Source: a virus
Taxonomy: Duplodnaviria; Caudoviricetes
Strand: one strand, 5' to 3'
Virus record (IMG/VR): IMGVR_UViG_3300009528_000005
Span: 1 to 50,805 of that record
DNA length: 50,805 nt
Positions 25,640-35,506 of this stretch are shown here, one piece after another (position 1 is the first letter of the stretch; each line of letters begins with the position of its first letter). A program made the translations under genes and the position numbers. The notes beneath the pieces were generated by a model that was not told the DNA's origin, did not search any database, and saw only the letters and a program-made list of their open reading frames with translations.

Positions 25640-25954
25640 ATGTTTGAGGAAGATGAGCGTGAAGCCAAGATAGTAGAGAAGGAAGAAGCTCGTCAGGAAC
25701 GGCAATTGGCTCTTGATTATGAGGCCACTTTTAATACGCCTCATGGTGAAAGGGTGTTTAATGATATAATTGCTCAGTGTATGGTTTTTGCTGAGATTAT
25801 GACGGGTAACTCTTGGACGTATCATAATACTGGTAAGCGAGCCATTGGGCTTTGGATAATGGAAAAGCGATATATGGCGAACTTTGAGATGACTAAAGAG
25901 AAAAATAGACTAGAACGAGAAAAAGAAGAAAGAGAAAAGAAAAAGAAGAAATAG
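25640..25954 (+). CDS. Bbp19-like protein
   Basis: Y..TF.TP.G.RV..D...G.R..GL; lies after portal. Confidence 0.75.
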   Translation: MFEEDEREAKIVEKEEARQERQLALDYEATFNTPHGERVFNDIIAQCMVFAEIMTGNSWTYHNTGKRAIGLWIMEKRYMANFEMTKEKNRLEREKEEREKKKKK

Positions 25955-26590
25955 ATGGAGTTGATTTTATACATAGCGATACTGCTTGTGCCGATATTTA
26001 TGATACCGAATATGTATATGGCAGCTACGCTTGCAAAGCGGGTGTTGCTGTATATTCTGGCTACCACAGTCTGTATATATTGGATATGGCACGGCTTTGA
26101 TACCCGCCTAACAGGACTTGACCATTTGATACTCGTCTTGTTGGGCTATAGTGCCGTGTCAATAACATGGGCGATAAACAAAACCGTGGCGATAAGAGAT
26201 GTAATTCAACTCGGAGCTTTTATTGTGGTGTATTTACTTGCGAGAACTGTTGACTTGAACCTTGTAATTACTCTTTTGGCAAGTGTCGGAGTTTTGGGGT
26301 TGCTGATAAGTGTTTATATTAAATACGGGACCGAACTTGGGTCTAAATGTAAGCGTGGTGCTTGGCATGGACCACTAAGAAGGAGTCAAACATTGTGGCC
26401 TATGGGGAACGTATCCGGGGCAAGCTGTATTTTTATGGTTGGAGCCTTGGCAAGTATTTATTTGCTTTATTCTGGCAAGTTCTGGGCTATCCCGTTGTTG
26501 GTCTGCAACCTGTTTGGTCTGTATGCTTGTGATAGCAAAGCGGCTTATCTTGGAACCCTTGCTGGTTGTGGTGCTTATGTCTTCAGTTAA
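25955..26590 (+). CDS. Second O-antigen ligase-like protein, N-terminal part
   Basis: Multi-TM; PMGNVS, SKAAYLG. Confidence 0.7.
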   Translation: MELILYIAILLVPIFMIPNMYMAATLAKRVLLYILATTVCIYWIWHGFDTRLTGLDHLILVLLGYSAVSITWAINKTVAIRDVIQLGAFIVVYLLARTVDLNLVITLLASVGVLGLLISVYIKYGTELGSKCKRGAWHGPLRRSQTLWPMGNVSGASCIFMVGALASIYLLYSGKFWAIPLLVCNLFGLYACDSKAAYLGTLAGCGAYVFS

Positions 26591-26927
26591 GATTAGAGTC
26601 GAGCAACTGAGAACGGCCTGGGCATTGATAAAGCAACGTCCCCTATTTGGATGGGGTTTAAATAGTTTCGTTATTAAAAGACAGGATATTAGTAACGAGA
26701 AGGGTGAGCACGTTCATTGTGAACCAGTGGAAGTAATGGTTGAGCTTGGCGTGGTGGGGCTTGCCCTGTGGCTGTTGATTATTGCAGGGATTGTCTTGCA
26801 TGGTCTGTCTAACCCGATGATGCCGATGTTGATAGCCATGCTGGTTATATGTTTGTTTTACTTCCCGCTTAGGCGACCACATACAGGGTTGATGTTTTGG
26901 ATTATTTTGGGCTTGCTTGCAAGATAG
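26577..26927 (+). CDS. Second O-antigen ligase-like protein, catalytic part
   Basis: R...PLFGWGLNSF...HVHCEPVEVMVELGVVG. Confidence 0.75.
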   Translation: MSSVKIRVEQLRTAWALIKQRPLFGWGLNSFVIKRQDISNEKGEHVHCEPVEVMVELGVVGLALWLLIIAGIVLHGLSNPMMPMLIAMLVICLFYFPLRRPHTGLMFWIILGLLAR

Positions 26928-27352
26928 TTTTAACGGTAATAGCCCTGAGAATATTGTGGGTTGGTTCAAGGCCCCTACTTGGATACATATATATGGCAAA
27001 ATATATAAGGAATCCGAGGATGATAGTTAATTTAGAAGAGGCGATTAAAACCGAAGGGAACTCTGCGTGGTTGGTGGAACTAATAAGCAAGTGCAATGAA
27101 ATTGGACAACATGATCTTGCACTGGAATTATTCTATAAGGCATTAAACACATTCGATGGCGGGACTAGTAAAGGAATATTGTTCTTGCAAGGATCAGTAG
27201 CGCATATAGGCACTGGGGCTATTGATAAAGGGATATATTTTGCGAACAAGGTCAAGGAGTATTATCCTGATCCAACACATGAGACACATAAAAGGGCTAA
27301 CCAATTACTAGAGGTGATGGTTTTAAAGAAGACTTCAGAACTTAACAAATAG
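26897..27352 (+). CDS. TM-anchored TPR-like protein (third part of the split ligase-TPR)
   Basis: N-terminal TM; helical repeats GQHDLALELFYKAL, GAIDKGIYF. Confidence 0.6.
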   Translation: MDYFGLACKIVLTVIALRILWVGSRPLLGYIYMAKYIRNPRMIVNLEEAIKTEGNSAWLVELISKCNEIGQHDLALELFYKALNTFDGGTSKGILFLQGSVAHIGTGAIDKGIYFANKVKEYYPDPTHETHKRANQLLEVMVLKKTSELNK

Positions 27353-27431
27353 GGTTCAGCCTCGGCCAAGGCTGATACAAAGATAATCAAGGGGCAAGTG
27401 AGTGCTCACTCATTCACTTTGCCCCTTTTTT
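27350..27431 (+). terminator. TAGGGT leader/terminator element, divergent copy
   Basis: TCAGCCT/AGGCTGA hairpin, then AAGGGGCAA...TTGCCCCTTTTT terminator. Confidence 0.7.
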
Positions 27432-27466
27432 ATCATCCTTAAAAATCCGTAAAGGAGGAAGGTAAA

Positions 27467-28198
27467 ATGAGTGAGACACAAACATTGTATACCAAAGATG
27501 ATGGTGGTGAATATGTGGAGCATGTGACTCCCACATTGTACGCCAAAGATGACACTGGTGCGTACTCGGAACACGTAGCTCCTACGTTTCGGGATTCTTT
27601 GTCTGAGGAATTAAGAGGGAATGAGATTTTATCAGGCATAGAAGATACCGAAGCATTGGCAAAAACCTTTGTAGACCTCAAATCATCGCAACCAGAGGTT
27701 CCTGCAACACCTGATGCGTACAAGTTTGACGTGCCTGAAAATTTCCCGATAGACGATACGGAAATGGGAGGCTTTAAGGCATTAACTCATAAACTGGGTA
27801 TGTCACAGGATAAGGCTTCGGAGCTTTTCAACTATTACGTTGAGTACCAGAATCGAGGCGTGAAGGCATTGCAGGACAAGAAAGACGCTGATCTTGAAAA
27901 GGCAGAAACAACCCTGAAGACCGATTGGGGAAGTGATTATGAAGCCAATGTTGGCCTTGTTGATAAAACGGTTGAAACATTTGGTGGCGAGGAGCTTATT
28001 AAAGAGTTTGAATCGTTAAAACTTACAAGAAATCCAATCATGATGAGAACTTTTCATAAGATCGGCAAAGCGATGAGTGAGGCTACACTCGCACCGGGCG
28101 GGCCTGGGCCACCGGCTGAACGTACTGAAGTTGATAGAACCGGGACTGGTGAGCCTGTATTGGATTTTAGTAAATCCATGCCCGACCAATACCGATAG
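27467..28198 (+). CDS. Capsid scaffolding protein
   Basis: Acidic; P..Y.F, G.SQ..A, L..DWG, IGKAMSE; directly before MCP. Confidence 0.85.
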   Translation: MSETQTLYTKDDGGEYVEHVTPTLYAKDDTGAYSEHVAPTFRDSLSEELRGNEILSGIEDTEALAKTFVDLKSSQPEVPATPDAYKFDVPENFPIDDTEMGGFKALTHKLGMSQDKASELFNYYVEYQNRGVKALQDKKDADLEKAETTLKTDWGSDYEANVGLVDKTVETFGGEELIKEFESLKLTRNPIMMRTFHKIGKAMSEATLAPGGPGPPAERTEVDRTGTGEPVLDFSKSMPDQYR

Positions 28199-28210
28199 GA
28201 GGGATGAAAT

Positions 28211-29218
28211 ATGGCAACATTAACTTCGTCAACATCAGCATATAATTTGGCTGAAATGGCGAAACGAATGGATCCGAGTGGGGATACTGTCGTTATCGCT
28301 GAGGTGCTAACAGAGGTAAACGAGATGCTGTTAGACGCGCCTTGGTTTCCAAGTAACGACACTTTCGCACACAAGGTTGTAAGACGACTTTCGAGACCTA
28401 CTGGAACGTGGCGTAAGATCAATGAGGGCGTTGCCACGGAAGCCAGTCGAACAGTCGAGGCATGGGAAACCATTGGTATGCTGGAAACCTATTCCGAGAT
28501 TGATGTCGAGCTTATCAACAATGCGCCGAATCCGAAGGAAGCGCGGATGGCCGAGGCACGGTCTTTCCTCGAAGGCTTATCAGAGCATCTCGCCGATACG
28601 TTGCTGTACGGCAGTACCGAAGACTCGCCAGAGGAGTTCACGGGTTTTTCTCCGCGTATGGGCGTACTTGTCACATCGGACAACGTTTTAGACGGTGGTG
28701 GCAGCAGTTCTGATACGACATCCGTGTTCGTGGTTCAATGGGGCCAGGGACAGGTTTTTATGATTTACCCAAAGAACTCTGCGCCTAATGTTGGAATTAA
28801 ACATCAAGACCTGGGTGAACAAACTGTGTCACCTGCTGTTAGTTCTAATAAACACACTACTTCACAGTTTCAGGCATATCGAGATCACTTCCAGGTTAAA
28901 GCGGGTTTGGTTGTAAAAGATCCCCGCTGTATTGGCCGGATTGCGAACATTGAGGTATCTGGAGCGACCAACCTCTTTGATGAGGACGATCTGATCACGC
29001 TGCTTATTCGTATGAAGGGTGGTGGAAAGGGTGCCAGCATTTATGTGAACAAGGTTGTTATGACTCAAATGCAAATCGCCCTGAAGGACAAGAATAACGT
29101 CCACTACACAGCAGCGGGTGGTGAGGGTTTAGCCGGAGAACCCGTGGTTCGTTTCATGGGCCATCCGGTGCGACAAATGGACGCAATTCTTACATCCGAA
29201 ACTGCAATTTCTGCTTAG
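28211..29218 (+). CDS. Major capsid protein (Bbp17-like, HK97 fold)
   Basis: PTGTWRKINEGV, GMLETYSEID, LLYG...PEEFTG, RIANI, DAIL..ET. Confidence 0.92.
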   Translation: MATLTSSTSAYNLAEMAKRMDPSGDTVVIAEVLTEVNEMLLDAPWFPSNDTFAHKVVRRLSRPTGTWRKINEGVATEASRTVEAWETIGMLETYSEIDVELINNAPNPKEARMAEARSFLEGLSEHLADTLLYGSTEDSPEEFTGFSPRMGVLVTSDNVLDGGGSSSDTTSVFVVQWGQGQVFMIYPKNSAPNVGIKHQDLGEQTVSPAVSSNKHTTSQFQAYRDHFQVKAGLVVKDPRCIGRIANIEVSGATNLFDEDDLITLLIRMKGGGKGASIYVNKVVMTQMQIALKDKNNVHYTAAGGEGLAGEPVVRFMGHPVRQMDAILTSETAISA

Positions 29219-29231
29219 GAGGTGATTTTAG

Positions 29232-29699
29232 ATGATTATGGATGCTAACCTGGAATTTAGTGATTATCAGACATTAACTGGTATCACATCCACTACGTTT
29301 GTAACCAGTACTAACATCGTTGATCTTGGTGCTGCTGGTACAGACGCTTGGGGTAACACCCTGCGAAATCTGCTTGATGGCGGGAACATGAAGTTCAATG
29401 TTCTGGTCGGTGCTACTCTTACCACAGCAGACATTGCTTGTATGCTTTATACTTATAGTTCTGCAACCGGAATAATAAACAACGGTGAGGAGATTGTCAG
29501 GATTATATTAAGCTATACAAGTAGTGATGTGAATTATGCAATAGCTGGATTTAGAACCAGTGTTTCGGTCCCGCAGGGGATTAACATGCAGAGATATTTG
29601 GCTGTTAAATACATTGGTCTTAGTGGCAACCCCAGCGATACTATTGTTGATGCGTGGCTTGGTTTGGATATGGAGTCTAATCCCACTTTAGCCGCTTAA
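29232..29699 (+). CDS. Capsid cement/decoration protein (Bbp16-like)
   Basis: MIMD..LEFS..Q, STN.VDLG, RYL...Y. Confidence 0.85.
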   Translation: MIMDANLEFSDYQTLTGITSTTFVTSTNIVDLGAAGTDAWGNTLRNLLDGGNMKFNVLVGATLTTADIACMLYTYSSATGIINNGEEIVRIILSYTSSDVNYAIAGFRTSVSVPQGINMQRYLAVKYIGLSGNPSDTIVDAWLGLDMESNPTLAA

Positions 29700-29784
29700 T
29701 CCTAAATCGGTGTGGGAGTGGGCGTGTTTTTATACCCCGTAACGGGGGACTCCTTTGGCTCACTCTCACATCGTAAAAAAGGAG

Positions 29785-30552
29785 ATGGCAATGGAAAAGA
29801 TAGAGTTTAAAGAAGGTAATTTACTGGCGGAATTAAGCAGGTTTGAGGTAATTGACAAATTCAAGCACCTGTTTGATGAAGGATATTATATTAGTGCTGA
29901 AACAAAAAAACTGACACCACCACCTCAACCACACGGCTTATTGGTTAATCATTCGTGGGTTCATGTTAGAGACGAAATGGGGCCTCTTGCTTGTCTCCAT
30001 TACAAAGCGATATTTACGGCTTGTGATTTCGTGCCTACACATTGCTTGAATTGTTGGAAAGTTGTTGCTATTCCAAAAACAGTTAAAGAGTTGATTGAAA
30101 GCTATAAGCTTATAGTCCGGTTAGGGTATAGTAGTAAATGCGGGATTGAGGAAAGGCCGTATGTTGACAGAAATTTTGGTTGTTATTTTTACACTCGTTC
30201 CAAAGAGGAGGGACTTGCCAGGAAAGAAGAGGTTAAAAAGGAGTTTGCCAAGATTTCAAGCGGAATCAAGGTAAATTTAAAACGGTTCTGTACCGAGTTC
30301 GAGATGAAATTATGCCCCGGCAAGTCGAGCAGTTATGTGCAGCCACCCGATGCAAAGGAGTGGGAGCGCAGATTTTATGAGTATGTGGATGTTGATAAGA
30401 TGATACCAAAAGATACAGAACAACCCCCTATTTTAATAAAGTACATAATCCGCCGTTGGCTAATTTGGGCTAATGATCGCAGTGACCCAACGGCAAAGCC
30501 ATATAATAACGGGGAATCTTTTTTTGCCCGCTCACAAACCTATAACCAATAG
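29785..30552 (+). CDS. Cys-containing hypothetical protein
   Basis: CLNCWKVV, SKCGIE.R, KRFCTEFE; AAGGAG SD. Confidence 0.7.
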   Translation: MAMEKIEFKEGNLLAELSRFEVIDKFKHLFDEGYYISAETKKLTPPPQPHGLLVNHSWVHVRDEMGPLACLHYKAIFTACDFVPTHCLNCWKVVAIPKTVKELIESYKLIVRLGYSSKCGIEERPYVDRNFGCYFYTRSKEEGLARKEEVKKEFAKISSGIKVNLKRFCTEFEMKLCPGKSSSYVQPPDAKEWERRFYEYVDVDKMIPKDTEQPPILIKYIIRRWLIWANDRSDPTAKPYNNGESFFARSQTYNQ

Positions 30553-30560
30553 GAGAAGCT

Positions 30561-30719
30561 ATGCCAAAGGAAGAAGAACGCTGCGAGACTTGTAGATTTT
30601 GGTTCCGTGGCAAGATAAAACCAATCCTTCAGATAAAAGTGGGAGATTGCTGTCGTTTCCCGGCAATAGAAAAAAAGAACCTTAATGAGTATTGTGGAGA
30701 GTACAAACCAAAGAGATAA
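30561..30719 (+). CDS. Small 4-Cys protein, 52 aa
   Basis: CETCRFW...GDCCRFP...YCGEY; AGGAG SD. Confidence 0.65.
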   Translation: MPKEEERCETCRFWFRGKIKPILQIKVGDCCRFPAIEKKNLNEYCGEYKPKR

Positions 30720-30736
30720 AAAAGGAGGAAAAGGAG

Positions 30737-31231
30737 ATGATTTTTATTTGTCATAAAAAATGTCATTGGAGAAACAAACTCTGGCAAGTCGGAGAAACTT
30801 ATGAGGGCACCAAAGCGGATGAGGTGCCTAAGCACTTTCACGTATCAACAAAAGAAGTTGATATTGATGATGAAAGAGAGTTGCTCTTATTGCAGAGCCA
30901 ATGCGATAGCGTCAGTATTCCCTATGACAAAAGCTGGAATTGTGACCAACTTGAGAAGGCGCTTGGTGTTGGTGTAGATCCGTTTGGTGTTGAGCGAAAA
31001 AGCAAAAGCGCCGATCTTAGACGACAACTTGAAGAAAAAGGCATTGAGTTTGATTTAAGGTATGGGCCTGAGAAGTTGCAACAGCTTCTTGACGGTAAGG
31101 AAGCAAAATCTAAGCCGAGGAGAAAAAAACATGGGAAATCGGGGGAAAAGAGAAAAGTCTCTAACAGAAAAAGCAAGGGAACACTTGGGAGTGGGAACGG
31201 TGTATCGGCAGAAGGGCAAGAAGCGCCCTAA
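30737..31231 (+). CDS. Hypothetical protein with HeH/LEM-like repeats
   Basis: AAGGAG SD; L...GI.FD....EKL. Confidence 0.7.
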   Translation: MIFICHKKCHWRNKLWQVGETYEGTKADEVPKHFHVSTKEVDIDDERELLLLQSQCDSVSIPYDKSWNCDQLEKALGVGVDPFGVERKSKSADLRRQLEEKGIEFDLRYGPEKLQQLLDGKEAKSKPRRKKHGKSGEKRKVSNRKSKGTLGSGNGVSAEGQEAP

Positions 31232-31301
31232 GCAAAGGGGATACAGGCAAACAGGCGGAGGCTTGGTTACAAGGGACTCTCTGCTGCTTAAAAAGTTTTA
31301 G
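31131..31301 (+). CDS. Small basic protein
   Basis: GAGGAG SD. Confidence 0.5.
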   Translation: MGNRGKREKSLTEKAREHLGVGTVYRQKGKKRPKQRGYRQTGGGLVTRDSLLLKKF

Positions 31302-31310
31302 GAGCATATT

Positions 31311-32156
31311 ATGGCCGTAACAACTTCAGTTGATATTTGCAATTCTGCGCTTATCAAAATTGGTGAAGCTATGATATCGGCTTTAGGTGATGGTACTAAA
31401 GCAAGCGATCTCTGCAATGAAATCTATGCCAAGCGCAGGGATGAAGTCTTGCAGGTGTTCCCGTGGAACTTCGCCGTGAAGGAACTCAGGCTGATAGCCG
31501 AAACGCACTATAACAGGGCTGCTATTACGGGCATCACGGCGGCGGAACCCCCGGTTGTATCATCAACGGCTCATGGCTTTTTGGATGGCGATAAAATCAA
31601 GATAACTGGTGTCGCTGGCATGACCGAGGTAAACGGCACCGTATTTTGGCTTGAAGATAAAGCGGACGATAGCTATGAGCTTGTGGACGAGGAAGGTGAT
31701 GACATAGATGGGTCGAGTTTTACGGCTTATACATCTGGTGGGTACGCAAGAAAGATGCCAGCTATTAGGTATGAGTACGAATATAACTTGCCAAGCGATT
31801 GCTTGCGGATGCTTTACCTGACTGACGAGAATGGCACAGTACCAGACGGATCAATCTCATACGAGTTCAAAGTAGAAAAGGGCAAGCTTCTTTGCAATCT
31901 TGAAGAACGAAATGCCTTCATTAAATACACTCAGCAGATAACGGATGTTACAGAATATGATGATTTATTCGTGGAGGTTCTTGCTCTCCGCATGGCTTAT
32001 GAGTTTGCCAAACCGCTTGCTGGTTCCGATACCTTGGGAGCCGAAATATTCAAGCTGTACCAGACAAAACTATCAGAAGCAAAACAAGTTCATGCCAGTG
32101 AGAACACGGATGAGGCACCAGAATATAAAGACACTTGGATAGCGGCGAGGCGCTAA
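31311..32156 (+). CDS. Tail tubular protein A / adaptor with inserted FCCH-like beta domain
   Basis: ICNSAL..IG, PWNFA, Y.LPSDCLR; insert ITGITAA..HG..GD..ITGV.GMTE.NG..YTSGG. Confidence 0.85.
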   Translation: MAVTTSVDICNSALIKIGEAMISALGDGTKASDLCNEIYAKRRDEVLQVFPWNFAVKELRLIAETHYNRAAITGITAAEPPVVSSTAHGFLDGDKIKITGVAGMTEVNGTVFWLEDKADDSYELVDEEGDDIDGSSFTAYTSGGYARKMPAIRYEYEYNLPSDCLRMLYLTDENGTVPDGSISYEFKVEKGKLLCNLEERNAFIKYTQQITDVTEYDDLFVEVLALRMAYEFAKPLAGSDTLGAEIFKLYQTKLSEAKQVHASENTDEAPEYKDTWIAARR

Positions 32157-34607
32157 ATGATAATCCAGCGTAAAAAGCTTACGATACTGCTTCTCATTCT
32201 ACTCTTGCCTCTTTATTGTCTTGTGGGCGGGAGCATTGCTGGCAGGGTAAATGTAATGTTTACCAATTTTACTGCCGGTGAGTTTTCGTCCCGCTTAGAT
32301 GGACGGGTTGATTTAGCAAAGTATTATAACGCCTGCCAGACGCTTGAGAACATGGTTATCTGGCCGCATGGTGGAGTGTCCCGCAGGCCGGGAATGCACT
32401 ATGTGGCTGATGCCTCTTATTCTAATGCTAAGTGCCGTCTAATCCCCTTCCAGTTTTCTACCACGCAAGCCTACGTTCTTGAGTTCGGCGATCAATATAT
32501 GCGCGGGTATATGAATCAGGGCCAATTACAGATACCTGATGCATATACAAAATTATTGATTCATTGTGACGGCAATGACGGTAGCACAACTTTTACCGAT
32601 GAAGCAAGTCCTCATACAATAACAGCTAATGGTAATGCACAGGTTGATACAGCTTACAAGAAGTTTGGTACTGGAGCTTTATTGTCTGATGGCACTGGAG
32701 ATTATTTAAGTGTTCCTGACCATGCCGATTGGTTCATGGATACAGGAACATTTACAATTGATATGTGGATGCGATTTAATGTAGCCCCCAGTGCACCAAC
32801 TTCAGCTGATTTTGCCTATCAAGAGGTCGATGATAATAATTATGTAAAATTTTATTATCTTGATAATTATTTAAGACTTCTAATAAAAAGTGGTGGTGAT
32901 ACTAAAGTGGCCATGTATGCTACTTGGTATCCTGCTGCTGATACGTGGTATCATATCGCTCTTATAAGAGGTTGGGGCGGGAATGCTAATGATTGGGCTA
33001 TAACAATAGGTGGTAGTGTTCGTGATGTGGAGACTGATGCTGATTCTTGGCCTGATTTGGCTGCTTCTTTAATAATTGGTCACTTTGATGGTTGGACAGA
33101 TGAGCCTCGTGTTTCTAAGGGCATTGCTCGTTGGACAGCCAACTTTGCACCACCTTTAAGCGAATATCCAGGTGGAGATAATAGTGGAACTCCTTATCAA
33201 ATTGCAACTCCTTATGTTGAAGAACATTTACCGCAGCTTCAATTCGTGCAATCTGCCGATACCATGTGGATTGTGCATCCAGAGTATGAAGTTAGAAAGC
33301 TGACACGCACGGCGCATACAACTTGGACGCTGACGGCTTATGCTCCTACTTCAAACCCTTTCTCAAGCGATGCCGGAACCATGTGTCCGGGATCAGTGGC
33401 CTTTTTTGAGGAACGCCTCTGGTTTGCCAATACTGATGCATCGCCTCAGACAATCCTCTCAACCGTAAGCGGTGATTTTGAGGATATGTCGGCTGGAACC
33501 AGTGATGCTTCTGCCGTTATAATAACCATAGCTGCCGATCAAGTGAATGTTATCAGGTGGCTTGTGCCTACGGATTCCCTTGTTGTTGGCACGGTGGGCG
33601 GTGAGTGGATTGTTTCAAGTGCTGGACCGGATGATCCTATAACGCCAACTAATATTAAGGTTATCCGGCAAACAACGCACGGTTCGGCTAATATTCAGGC
33701 AATACAGGTAAGTCATTCGGTTCTGTTTGTCCAGAGAGCAAAGCGCAAGGTACGTGAGTTGGCGTATAATTTTGAAATTGATGGCTACACGGCTCCTGAC
33801 ATGACCTTGTTGGCAGAACACATCACTAAGGGTGGTATTGAGGCAATGGCCTATCAGCAGGAACCGGATGGCATTATCTGGTTTGTGCGCAGTGATGGCG
33901 TGTTGCTTGGCATGACATATATGAGAGCGCAGGACGTGATTGGCTGGCATCGGCACATCACAGAAGGATGCGTTGAGAGTGTTGCCGTTATCCCGGCGGA
34001 GGATGCTGACGAATTATGGCTTTCGGTCAAGCGAGAAGTTGATGGTGGAAGTGGGACTGATGTACCAAAGAGATACATTGAGTATATTGACAGCACAGGA
34101 TTTACTGATCTTGAGGACGCTTTTTTTGTAGATTCTGGGCTAACCTACGATGGCGCATCGGCAACCACCATTACAGGGCTTACCCACCTGGCAACTAAGA
34201 CCGTGGCTATCCTTGCGGATGGTGTTATTCAGGCCACACAGACAGTGAGCGCGGCTGGCAGGATAACCATATCAAGTGGTGCAAGTGTTGTGCAGGCCGG
34301 GTTGCCTTACACGTCCGTTTTAGAGACTATGCGTATTGCGGCAGGCGATATAATACAGGGCAAGATAAAACGAATCTCACGGGTTATTGTCAGGCTGTTT
34401 GAGAGTCTTAACCTTGAGATTGGACCAGATAGTTCAAACTTGGACGAGATTTCTGATTCCATGGCCGCAGTTTATACAGGCGATTTAGAGTTGGCGTTCC
34501 CGTCAGGGTATGAACGAGCGGCTAGGGTTTATGTCAGGCAGGAAGACCCGTTGCCGCTTAACGTATTGGCTATTATGGCACAGGTAGGAACGGCGGATGA
34601 GCGTTGA
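32157..34607 (+). CDS. Tail tubular protein B / nozzle with LamG insert and N-terminal signal-like extension
   Basis: NFTAGE.S.RL.GR.D, RLIPF.FS, QSAD, FFEERL, WHRH; LamG at roughly 32535-33180. Confidence 0.9.
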   Translation: MIIQRKKLTILLLILLLPLYCLVGGSIAGRVNVMFTNFTAGEFSSRLDGRVDLAKYYNACQTLENMVIWPHGGVSRRPGMHYVADASYSNAKCRLIPFQFSTTQAYVLEFGDQYMRGYMNQGQLQIPDAYTKLLIHCDGNDGSTTFTDEASPHTITANGNAQVDTAYKKFGTGALLSDGTGDYLSVPDHADWFMDTGTFTIDMWMRFNVAPSAPTSADFAYQEVDDNNYVKFYYLDNYLRLLIKSGGDTKVAMYATWYPAADTWYHIALIRGWGGNANDWAITIGGSVRDVETDADSWPDLAASLIIGHFDGWTDEPRVSKGIARWTANFAPPLSEYPGGDNSGTPYQIATPYVEEHLPQLQFVQSADTMWIVHPEYEVRKLTRTAHTTWTLTAYAPTSNPFSSDAGTMCPGSVAFFEERLWFANTDASPQTILSTVSGDFEDMSAGTSDASAVIITIAADQVNVIRWLVPTDSLVVGTVGGEWIVSSAGPDDPITPTNIKVIRQTTHGSANIQAIQVSHSVLFVQRAKRKVRELAYNFEIDGYTAPDMTLLAEHITKGGIEAMAYQQEPDGIIWFVRSDGVLLGMTYMRAQDVIGWHRHITEGCVESVAVIPAEDADELWLSVKREVDGGSGTDVPKRYIEYIDSTGFTDLEDAFFVDSGLTYDGASATTITGLTHLATKTVAILADGVIQATQTVSAAGRITISSGASVVQAGLPYTSVLETMRIAAGDIIQGKIKRISRVIVRLFESLNLEIGPDSSNLDEISDSMAAVYTGDLELAFPSGYERAARVYVRQEDPLPLNVLAIMAQVGTADER

Positions 34608-35037
34608 CAAGAAAATTATACCGTTTAAGCCAGAGCATTTAATGGAGTTTGATTCGGCGATCTTTGAATTTTTCCCGGACTTAGAAAAACGGGGTAGACT
34701 TTATTCTGAAAACGGCCCTGCTTATTCGGCTGTTATCAATGGAAAAATATGGGGTTGTGCTGGGGTTATTTTATTGTGGCCAGGCGTAGGTGAGGCGTGG
34801 GCGATTTCTATATTAAACGCCCCGCAAACCTTTCCAATATTTTTTCACAAGGCAGTTATCCAAATGCTAAACAGAATAATTAAATTACATGAGCTACACA
34901 GAGTTCAAGCAGCCGTAAGATGTGATTGGGAACAGGCTCAAAAATGGATTGAGAGAATCGGCTTTGAGCGAGAGGGGTTAATGCGTCAATATCTACCAGA
35001 TCATGCAGATTGTTGGCGATATGCAAAGGTGGTGTAA
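34597..35037 (+). CDS. GNAT-fold acetyltransferase-like virion assembly protein
   Basis: GVGEAW, HRVQA.V, GFEREGLMR.Y. Confidence 0.8.
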   Translation: MSVDKKIIPFKPEHLMEFDSAIFEFFPDLEKRGRLYSENGPAYSAVINGKIWGCAGVILLWPGVGEAWAISILNAPQTFPIFFHKAVIQMLNRIIKLHELHRVQAAVRCDWEQAQKWIERIGFEREGLMRQYLPDHADCWRYAKVV

Positions 35038-35039
35038 AA

Positions 35040-35495
35040 ATGTCACTGGCAGCAGCAGCAGTAGCGGCAATGGCAGTTGGAACGGGTATGGAAGTTTACG
35101 GCCAAATCCAGGCTGGCAGGGCAGCAGAAAAAACGGCAGAGTACAACGCTGCACTTGCGAGGCGTGATGCTGATATTGAGAAACAAAGAGCGGAGTTTGA
35201 AGAAGCACAGCATAGAAGGCGTGTGGGACGATTTAAGGGTCGGCAACAGGCCCTTTTTGCCAAAGCCGGTGTTCAACTTGAAGGCTCACCCCTTCTTGTA
35301 ATGGAGGAAACCGCAGCCGAGGCGGAGCTTGAGGCACTTGCTATCCGGCGGGGTGGAGAGATTAAGGCATCACGCTTTATGGCCGAGGCGGGGCTTAGGC
35401 AATATACAGGTAAACAAAAAAAGCGGACTGCCTATATTAGGGCCGGAGCGAGCCTTTTGACAGGTGCGGGCGAAACATATCTTATGTATCGTTGA
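35040..35495 (+). CDS. Internal virion (ejection) protein, small
   Basis: Ala-rich; G.Q.A..A..GV...GSP. Confidence 0.8.
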   Translation: MSLAAAAVAAMAVGTGMEVYGQIQAGRAAEKTAEYNAALARRDADIEKQRAEFEEAQHRRRVGRFKGRQQALFAKAGVQLEGSPLLVMEETAAEAELEALAIRRGGEIKASRFMAEAGLRQYTGKQKKRTAYIRAGASLLTGAGETYLMYR

Positions 35496-35506
35496 GATCA
35501 AGATAA

